NCBI GenBank assembly: GCA_963804085.1
Contig: CAWDOQ010000010.1
Coordinates: 1-64,000, forward strand
Direction: 5' to 3'
Length of the DNA: 64,000 bases
Source: Chlamydiia bacterium
GTDB taxonomy: Bacteria > Chlamydiota > Chlamydiia > Chlamydiales > Rhabdochlamydiaceae
The translations under genes and the position numbers were made by a program. This document shows positions 56,941 through 64,000 of the stretch, piece by piece. Positions within the stretch are counted from its first letter, which is position 1. Every line of letters begins with the position of its first letter. The notes beneath the pieces were generated by a model. That model was not told the DNA's origin. It saw only the letters and a list, made by a program, of their open reading frames with translations, and searched no databases.

Positions 56941-58067
56941 TAGAACATAAACCTTCTGCTATAGATACTTTGCAAAATGCCTAAAGCCATCATTGTCGAC
57001 AAGACAGAAGATCCGCCATAGGTCACTAAAATCAAAGGCACACCCGTGATAGGCAAAAATCCGCACATCATCCCGATGTTGACGATCACGTGCATGGCCA
57101 AGTAGACGGTAATCCCCGCCGAGAGCAGCCGTCCAAAGCTGTCCTTAGCTACTGCTGTTACCTGAAAGCTAAAATAGATTAAACCAGAAAAAAGCAGCAG
57201 GAGTAAAAAGACGCCGACCAGACCAAACTCCTCTGCAAAAGAGGCGAAGACCGAATCTGTCGAAGCAGCAGGAAGAAAATTATGCCCCGTAAATTCGCTT
57301 TTGCGCCAACCGCTTCCTGTCACGCCGCCGAGTGCGATAGCGGTCTCGGCTGCCTTCTGGTGGTAAGTATCGGGATTAAGCCGCTCATACTGGTACTCTT
57401 TGATCACCTTTGTTACGTAGGGCCGGAGCTCCTCATGCGATAAGATTCCTAAAAACATGAGCGAGACGAAGACCAGCCCGGCAATTCCTAGAACCGACAT
57501 GATCCCCACCACGCGTTTTTTAATGCCGCCAAAGTAGAACATGACGAGCGCGATCGGGTAGAGCACAAGCGAAGTTCCGAGATCGGGCTGCTTTAAGATG
57601 AGCAGAAAAGGGATCATAACAATTGCTATCCCCTGCCATGTGGAGCGGTTCTGTCTAATCTCAGTTGCTCTACTCTCTAAATACCAGCTGAGCGCGATCA
57701 CCACGATAAGCTTAGCGTATTCGGAGGGTTGGAAGGCCATTCCCAAAACGGGGAGGCGGTACCAGCGGTGCACATTTTGAATCGCAGGGACAAAAAAGAG
57801 GCCGATTAGCATGAAGAGCATCGCGATGTAGAGAAACCAGGTACAGGCGCGCAGCTTGTGGTAGTCAAAACCCGCAAAAAAAAAGTAGACTGCCCAGCCA
57901 AGAGCAAACCATTTGATCTGGCTCTTTGTAAAGGCGGTAAAAAAACTCTCCTCGCCCCCCTCGCCTACTGTTGTGGCAGAAATAACGAGCAAGCTGATGC
58001 TCATAAGCCCCAATAGGATAGGAATCAGGCGAAAATCTAAACGTTTAAGGTAGCGATGGTCCCACAT
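56940..58067 (-). CDS. rodA: SEDS protein RodA
   Basis: FQPSEYAK, LKQPDLGT, AIALGG..GSG, TDSVFA..AEEFG, LPITGVPLILVTYGGSS. Confidence 0.9.
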   Translation of the reverse strand: MWDHRYLKRLDFRLIPILLGLMSISLLVISATTVGEGGEESFFTAFTKSQIKWFALGWAVYFFFAGFDYHKLRACTWFLYIAMLFMLIGLFFVPAIQNVHRWYRLPVLGMAFQPSEYAKLIVVIALSWYLESRATEIRQNRSTWQGIAIVMIPFLLILKQPDLGTSLVLYPIALVMFYFGGIKKRVVGIMSVLGIAGLVFVSLMFLGILSHEELRPYVTKVIKEYQYERLNPDTYHQKAAETAIALGGVTGSGWRKSEFTGHNFLPAASTDSVFASFAEEFGLVGVFLLLLLFSGLIYFSFQVTAVAKDSFGRLLSAGITVYLAMHVIVNIGMMCGFLPITGVPLILVTYGGSSVLSTMMALGILQSIYSRRFMF

Positions 58068-58126
58068 AATGCAATGGATGATAATTTAATCTGTTTAGTG
58101 TATATTTTGTACCCTGAGGGTTTTTC

Positions 58127-58873
58127 ATGCCAAACTCCAAGAATATTTACTACCTACATTTTGACACACTCGATTCCACAAACACGTGGGCGAAAAATAA
58201 TATCCACACGCTCGACCCTAACCATCTAACCTGTATTACAGCTCTTGAACAGACAGCAGGTAGAGGTAGATTTCAGAGACGCTGGCTCTCTCCACGAGGG
58301 CAGAACATCTATGCCACCCTGTTTTTTACATTGCAACGCATGAGCAAAGTTGTGATCAACCTAAGCCAGGTGCTCTCTCTCTCTTGCGCCCACGTGCTCA
58401 AGAGCAAGGGGTTTTCTCCTCAGATCAAATGGCCAAACGACCTCCTGCTCTCTGGGAAAAAAGTGGCGGGAATCTTGTGTGAAAGCGTTGCGATGGAAAA
58501 TGATCAGCTCGGCATCATCCTTGGTATTGGTATCAACGTGAATATGACGCAAGAACTACTCAATACACTCGATCAGCCAGCCACATCACTCGCGCAACTC
58601 TCCGGCCACACTTGGGCCTTAGAGCAGATCTTAGAGCCGCTTTTGCAGCAGTTTTTGCAAGATTTAGAGCGCCTGACAAAAGAGGGATTTACCCCTTTCA
58701 TAGCAAGCTATGAGGAGCTGCTTGCTTTTCGTGGCCAGAAAATCACCTGCTCCGATGGATTTCAGACACACAAGGGGATCTGCCATTCGATCAACAAAGA
58801 GGGCAGACTCAATCTTCTCTTGGATAGCGGCAAGATCACGACCCTATCGGCGGGCGAGGTAAAGGTTCAATGA
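58127..58873 (+). CDS. birA: Biotin-protein ligase (no N-terminal HTH)
   Basis: DSTN, QTAGRGRFQRRW.SP, IKWPND, KKVAGILCE, GIGINVN. Confidence 0.95.
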   Translation: MPNSKNIYYLHFDTLDSTNTWAKNNIHTLDPNHLTCITALEQTAGRGRFQRRWLSPRGQNIYATLFFTLQRMSKVVINLSQVLSLSCAHVLKSKGFSPQIKWPNDLLLSGKKVAGILCESVAMENDQLGIILGIGINVNMTQELLNTLDQPATSLAQLSGHTWALEQILEPLLQQFLQDLERLTKEGFTPFIASYEELLAFRGQKITCSDGFQTHKGICHSINKEGRLNLLLDSGKITTLSAGEVKVQ

Positions 58874-59031
58874 GGCCCGCAAAGACGAATGGACGGAAAC
58901 GGACAAGTAATGGACGCGGGCCCAGAAGAAACGCGAAAGTCAAATCGCAAAATGCAAAACGAAAGAAGATCTCTTCCATTTTGCATTCTGCATTCTGCGT
59001 TTTGACTTTATTCTGGGGCGTTGTTCATTTC

Positions 59032-60039
59032 TCATCTTTCGGAAACGTGCGCCTCCATCCCGATATGCACTCTTGAAACGGTGCATGTATAAACTGCCTC
59101 CTTGCATCCCAACCAAAGTGACTTTGGAGGGGTCTGATAAGAGAGGTCGATCTGAACGGCCGGTGCTTTTGCTTTATCCACCAGATATTGCCATCTTTGA
59201 TCGGGAAGAAGAGTAACCCTCTCTTTCACCTTACCTGCTAGTGACAAAACCAGCTCCATGGGAAGGCTTTTGTCATTTGAGCAACTGACCTGACATGCAG
59301 CACTATGCATCTGCTTTGCACTTGTCGTGAAAACGGGCTTGCCGCCCTCATCAAATCTTAAGGAGTAGTCTTTAGATAGGTCGCGGATTTCGATTCTCTG
59401 CAAAATCTTTGCCGTCACCTTGGGCGTGATGAAACCCTCTTGCAGAAGTTCATAATCGATAACAGAATTAGGCTTCATGAGAGAAAAGGTCTTTTCCCAT
59501 CCGTCTCCTCGCATCTTAAGCTCTACGTGAGCATCCGGAAGTGCATTTTTAAAATGGATGTATTTTTTTGTTTTGTATGCGCCTTCTGCATTCTGCGAAG
59601 TCAAGATGTGTTTCTCAACAAGGGGGTGGCCCGTGCGCATGGGTGCGTCAGAAAGAAGACCTACTCGAGACATGCGAGCGGCCGAGCGGAAGATCTCGTT
59701 GATGCATTGCGAATACCCATTTAAAAAATCGGATCTGCGCATCTCGATCGTCTCGCTTTCTAAATACCTTTCAACGTTATCTGCAATAGAGACAAACTTA
59801 TCTTGCAGCGGATGCTTTACCGTGACAAAAAAACTAACGACGTAATCCCAGATGCGACTTACCGCTTCGATGAGAAGTGCAAAAATGCTCTCGGGACGAG
59901 CCTCTAGAGCGAGTCTTCCCTCTTGGTTTAAGACAAACCACTTCTTGTCTTTGCTGTTTTTAGAAACAATGTGATCGAATTCAGGCAGAAGAGACTCATA
60001 AACCCGATATGCGGGATCTAAAGGCTGTACAGGCTGCAT
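59032..60039 (-). CDS. Hypothetical protein, paralog of 60051-61430
   Basis: Shared N-terminal block KWF......L.L..RPES...L..E...R.W....S.F. Confidence 0.65.
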   Translation of the reverse strand: MQPVQPLDPAYRVYESLLPEFDHIVSKNSKDKKWFVLNQEGRLALEARPESIFALLIEAVSRIWDYVVSFFVTVKHPLQDKFVSIADNVERYLESETIEMRRSDFLNGYSQCINEIFRSAARMSRVGLLSDAPMRTGHPLVEKHILTSQNAEGAYKTKKYIHFKNALPDAHVELKMRGDGWEKTFSLMKPNSVIDYELLQEGFITPKVTAKILQRIEIRDLSKDYSLRFDEGGKPVFTTSAKQMHSAACQVSCSNDKSLPMELVLSLAGKVKERVTLLPDQRWQYLVDKAKAPAVQIDLSYQTPPKSLWLGCKEAVYTCTVSRVHIGMEAHVSER

Positions 60040-60050
60040 GCTATTATCTT

Positions 60051-61430
60051 TTACGGATACTCTTGTGTACGAACCCAGCACTCTATTGGCTTGTCCAACG
60101 GTGCAGTCTGGTAATTCTGTTTAGCTCCCGGAGCTACAAAAAACCTCTGCGTCTGCGTTGTTTTTTCCCCCTCTTGGAAAACAATTGTAAACTCGAGGTT
60201 ATTCTTCCTTGCGTTTTCTATAACAAAGCGCGCCTCCTTCTGCTGGGGGTCTAAGGGAAGAGTTTGTACAATAGGTAGCTTACCTCTTTCCGGAAATGAG
60301 ATCATATAGGTGAGCGGCTGAATTGTGTTAAGTGCAAGAGAGCGTTCTACAAGCCTTCGTGGTTCGGAACTGATTTTCAAATCTCCCTCAGCATCTACTT
60401 GGCATACATACTTACCGCGGCTGTAGCCCCGAATCAGCTTTTCCGGTGCTGGTTGTGCTAAGGTAGCGAACTCATAATCTTTTATCGGTCCAATTCCTGG
60501 AGAGAATTGACGAGATTCGCCGGGAGACATCCACGCACATGGAACTGACCGACTATCCGGACTCTCTCCTGCCGCAGCCAGTTTTACTCCGACCTCTCTA
60601 TCGCCTTTGTTCGTAAAATTTAAAACCGGATACTTTGGCGCCGGATCTGCTGAAGGAATTATTGTCACGCGCCCTAAGCGATCAATGTCTACCTGGTGGT
60701 TCCGATCAAGTGTAGGAATGAATCCCTTATTTTTAATAGTGGCACTCACCGTAGTCTCATCGTCGTATCTTCCAAAATAGCCCGCCGTATTCAATTCGGT
60801 TCTCCTGCTTTCATTCTGCCTCAGAAATACGTCTTCAAAAAGACTCCTCATATTCTCCCATCCGTTGGCAAACTGGAAAGAAACGCGCGCGGAAGGATTT
60901 GCATAGTGACGATTTATTATTTGTACATCTGATACCGGGTGGTATCTACCATCTTCGTAGCGTGCAGTCACAAGACACGAAGTGGCAGTGGGAGCGAGTG
61001 TATCATCTCCCTTTTTTCCCGTTTGGATCTCTTGGACAATACGGGCAGCAGCAAGAGAAATCTTTCCGACTGCACCCATCTTTTCTGTAGCGCGGTAGAG
61101 TTCATTTAGTGGGGCGCTATACTTTAAAAGAAAACGATCGCGCTCGTTATAATCAGGTTCTTGAGCTAGGTAATCATTAACATCGCGCGTTAAAATGACA
61201 ATGCGGCGCTCGAGTAACGAAGGTGTGTCGTCGAACAAGCTAGTTAGCCACTGCCAAAATCTAGCGGCGATCTCGCAAATGAGGTCGATGCAGCTTTCGG
61301 GACGGTTGCACAGCACCAACTTATCTGCACTCACGTCAAACCATTTTCCATCATTCGGTCTCTTCTGAACGACATTGTCCAGTTCGGCCGAAAGAGCCAC
61401 ACGTCTGTCAGTTATCGCGATACCCGCCAT
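60051..61430 (-). CDS. Hypothetical protein
   Basis: 459-aa ORF with GAGG RBS; paralogous N-terminus. Confidence 0.7.
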   Translation of the reverse strand: MAGIAITDRRVALSAELDNVVQKRPNDGKWFDVSADKLVLCNRPESCIDLICEIAARFWQWLTSLFDDTPSLLERRIVILTRDVNDYLAQEPDYNERDRFLLKYSAPLNELYRATEKMGAVGKISLAAARIVQEIQTGKKGDDTLAPTATSCLVTARYEDGRYHPVSDVQIINRHYANPSARVSFQFANGWENMRSLFEDVFLRQNESRRTELNTAGYFGRYDDETTVSATIKNKGFIPTLDRNHQVDIDRLGRVTIIPSADPAPKYPVLNFTNKGDREVGVKLAAAGESPDSRSVPCAWMSPGESRQFSPGIGPIKDYEFATLAQPAPEKLIRGYSRGKYVCQVDAEGDLKISSEPRRLVERSLALNTIQPLTYMISFPERGKLPIVQTLPLDPQQKEARFVIENARKNNLEFTIVFQEGEKTTQTQRFFVAPGAKQNYQTAPLDKPIECWVRTQEYP

Positions 61431-61512
61431 AGTTACCTCTCATCAATGTTGAGCAACTATTTTAGTCTAAATTGGGCAATTTCTCTATTAAAATAAGTTT
61501 TAACGGTAGAAA

Positions 61513-62166
61513 TTATTTAAACTTCGATTTCTTTACTTTTTCCACGTTTTTAGGGGGCGTAGAACTATCTTTAAAGCGCACCATCTGCATGTAGCCGATC
61601 ACTCCGAGCGCTTCATTGAGATAGGTTATTCCCTGGCCTGCGTACTGGTGGACCACAAGAGAGGGGAGAACTAAGCCGGATGCGGGACGAGGCTGCATGG
61701 CGGGACTCGCCTTTTTGAAAATAGTGTAGGCGCGAATGCCTTTAGCGATCAGAGCACCGGAAAGAAAGTCGACACCGTATCTACCGAAAATGCGGCCGAC
61801 CAGCTTCCCTCTTTTATAGTCGCCAAGCGCTGCATAGTCTCCTGTCAGCTCTTGCATGTCGGGGACAAAGACGATCAAGATCTCTTTGGCAGAGTGCTCT
61901 TTTAAGTTGTGATAGACGGCTAGAAGTTCGTGTGAAAGCACTTGCGGATGGAAGAATAGCTCCCATAGCCCCACACAGAGCCCCTTTGCAGAAGAGATGA
62001 GCGAAGGGACGAGATAACAGAGCTCTTCGAAAGCCCCCTCTACTACCCCAACCACTATCCCAGCTTCTAAAAGCCCTGCACTATATTCGACTCTTTTTTC
62101 TAGATCGTCTTCCGGCTGAATATAGCAATGGGCGTAGGGCACAAAAAGGGAAGCAGCGTAAGGCAC
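61513..62166 (-). CDS. Hypothetical protein, possibly a truncated polymorphic-toxin-like scaffold
   Basis: 217-aa ORF; helical Gly-rich segment RGKLVGRIFGRYGVDFLSG; family call is tentative. Confidence 0.45.
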   Translation of the reverse strand: MPYAASLFVPYAHCYIQPEDDLEKRVEYSAGLLEAGIVVGVVEGAFEELCYLVPSLISSAKGLCVGLWELFFHPQVLSHELLAVYHNLKEHSAKEILIVFVPDMQELTGDYAALGDYKRGKLVGRIFGRYGVDFLSGALIAKGIRAYTIFKKASPAMQPRPASGLVLPSLVVHQYAGQGITYLNEALGVIGYMQMVRFKDSSTPPKNVEKVKKSKFK

Positions 62167-62275
62167 GCTACGAGAAGATAGAGGCGAGAAACGGCGAGAA
62201 ATTTTCTCATTTTAGAGGGCTTTTTCTCCAATTTTGTAGAAAGGATAAAAAATTGCGAATAAACGATAAAGCTAA

Positions 62276-62997
62276 AACTTGGGGGTGACCGAAATTTCTG
62301 GATGGACCTTAATGAGTTTTTATTAAACGCAAAGGCGCGAAAGACGCAAAATCCGCAAAGCAAAAATATCTGCCGATATTTTTGACTTTATGGAAGGGGT
62401 GCAAAAGTATGATAAGCCGCAGGATTTTAACCACGAAGTGGTAACTAGCTGCGAAGCAGCGACATATGCTAGCCGTGGCGTGACCGAAGGGAACCCACGG
62501 TGTCTGTACTCCTTTCCAAAAACAAGAGCCACGCAAGTGGCGACACCATCGTTTTTGTGTCGCCACTTGCGTGGCTTTCTGTGGAGAGGGGACTGATACC
62601 GTGGGTTCCCTTCGGTCACGCCACGGCTAGCATCTGTAGCCACTTGCGTGGCAATTTACCACTCCGTGGTTCTTTTAAGCCTGATACAGCATCGAGGACG
62701 AGTGTTCTCTACTGCTTTGCATTCCTTCATAAAGTCAAAAATATCGGCAGATATTTTTGCTTTGCGGATTTTGCGTCTTTCGCGCCTTTGCGTTTAATAA
62801 AAACTCTTTGAAGAACTCCTGCGTTAACGCAGGAGATTCTCCCCATGCAAGGGGCTCCTGCTTCGCGTCGCATTATCTATATAGCTCGGCTATCTCGCCC
62901 CTGAAGGGGCAAGATTGCGCTCGAGCAACATGTTCAAATTTCGTCATAATATAGATGATCAGAACTTGGGGGTGACCGAAATTTCTGGATGGACCTT
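62276..62997. mobile_element. Non-coding nested-palindrome insert flanked by a 35-bp direct repeat of the nifU 3' end
   Basis: AACTTGGGGGTGACCGAAATTTCTGGATGGACCTT at 62276-62310 and 62963-62997; about 83-bp inverted arms at 62314-62397 / 62724-62806. Confidence 0.75.
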
Positions 62998-63675
62998 GGC
63001 GCGCAAGGTGTCCTGGATTGCGCCTAAAGTGGCGCCGGTGGCCGAATGGCAAGAGGTGCAGGCGCCTTCATATGCGATGATTAGTTCCTTGCCTGCGATG
63101 AGATCGACTATCTGCACACCGCCCGCGTCGAGTTCGATGTAGGGACGGATATCGCGGGCGATCACCTCTTCCACCACTGCAATCTGCTGAGGCGAGGAGA
63201 GCTCCTTCCAACCCGGATACTCTCGGGCCTCTTCCGTTGATTCGGGAGGAAGCGGTGGTGCAACGTAAGTCGGGGCAAGCGGTATATCTAAACACTGCTT
63301 TGCAGCTTCGTGGATACACGCCAACACTAGAGTTAAGTAAAAACCGCTACCCTCCGCCTGCACCTCTTTTTCGAGAAGATCGAGGGTGAGCCGGCTCGCC
63401 TGGTCATAGTTTTTGCGCAAAAGAAGAGAGCAGGCAATCTCCACGGCTCCGATCAGCACCGGCGGGCCGAAGACCTGAAACTTAGCATCTGCGATCACCC
63501 CATCGCTCTCGTCAATTATTAGGTATAAATAGAGGACGTACCCCTTTTCGCGCGCCTCTTCGCTACCAATTGCAAGACGCATCCCTTTTGCTTTAGCATC
63601 GGCTTTAGAAAAAGAGCCGACACTCTTGGGGTTTTCGATAGCTTGGAGCAGCTTCCTATTCATCATTTTAGGCAT
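62959..63675 (-). CDS. nifU: NifU-family Fe-S scaffold
   Basis: IscU-like N-domain (ADAKFQVFG); C-terminal IRPYIELDAGGV..YEGACTSC. Confidence 0.88.
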   Translation of the reverse strand: MPKMMNRKLLQAIENPKSVGSFSKADAKAKGMRLAIGSEEAREKGYVLYLYLIIDESDGVIADAKFQVFGPPVLIGAVEIACSLLLRKNYDQASRLTLDLLEKEVQAEGSGFYLTLVLACIHEAAKQCLDIPLAPTYVAPPLPPESTEEAREYPGWKELSSPQQIAVVEEVIARDIRPYIELDAGGVQIVDLIAGKELIIAYEGACTSCHSATGATLGAIQDTLRAKVHPEISVTPKF

Positions 63676-64000
63676 GCTCCAAAAAGAGGCTTTAAGCTGT
63701 TTGCGACTCTGCCGATCGTCTCAATGGCAGATAGAATCTCCTCTTCGGTCGTCTCGTAGGAAAGCGCAAAGCTTACCGCCGAGTGCGCAAGAAGTGGATC
63801 GACACCCAGATGCATTAAAAGAGGAGCTACGCCTTCGATGGTCGCAAAGACACCTTGTCTTTCTAAATGAAAGAGAAGAGTCTCTGCCGAAATCCCCGGA
63901 AACGCGATGAGAGCGACGTTGGGCAGCCTCTCTACTTTGGAAAAGAGCGGCTGGGCATCCGGAAATACTTCCGCCACCCCCTTCTCCAACATATCTCTTA
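63663..64000 (-). CDS. Cysteine desulfurase (NifS/IscS-like), C-terminal part
   Basis: RLPNVALIAFPGISAETLLFHL..GV, HSAVSFALSYETTEEEI; adjacent to nifU. Confidence 0.8.
   Translation of the reverse strand, partial: RDMLEKGVAEVFPDAQPLFSKVERLPNVALIAFPGISAETLLFHLERQGVFATIEGVAPLLMHLGVDPLLAHSAVSFALSYETTEEEILSAIETIGRVANSLKPLFGACLK

Noticed and set aside
62100-62954. Short ORFs in the nested palindrome
   Set aside because: Mirror-image translations on both strands arise from the inverted repeats; no recognisable protein

Overview
The window joins DNA from two sources. Bases 1 to about 6530 are high-GC, Acidobacteria-like sequence: nuoA-D, a YVTN/phosphoesterase gene, a Glu/Leu/Phe/Val dehydrogenase fragment and fliQ/fliR fragments. 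Two mid-gene breaks at about 5823 and 6530 look like chimeric artefacts. Bases from about 6530 to 64000 are lower-GC DNA of an environmental chlamydia, judged from chlamydial gene order (tsp divergent from rpsL-rpsG-fusA-rpsJ; metal ABC-rplU-rpmA-obgE; rodA/birA; nifS-nifU) and MOMP-like porins. Many single-base frameshifts, several in homopolymers, suggest long-read errors. The most notable unexplained structures are: (1) three small integrase-less inserts, each bounded by a duplicated and partly synonymously recoded copy of the host gene 3' end (obgE, an MFS gene, nifU); (2) a four-helix-bundle gene inside a perfect 42-bp inverted repeat within an ABC operon, with dispersed hairpin relics; (3) a 6 x 129-bp structured repeat array behind tRNA-Phe that carries antisense to the tRNA 3' end; (4) a BclA-like collagen/glycosyltransferase/propeller operon; (5) a bufferin-like MNIO RiPP cluster; (6) candidate host-directed effectors with PPxY/PSAP late-domain motifs or a CaaX box. 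Family assignments come from motif recognition only; no searches were run.
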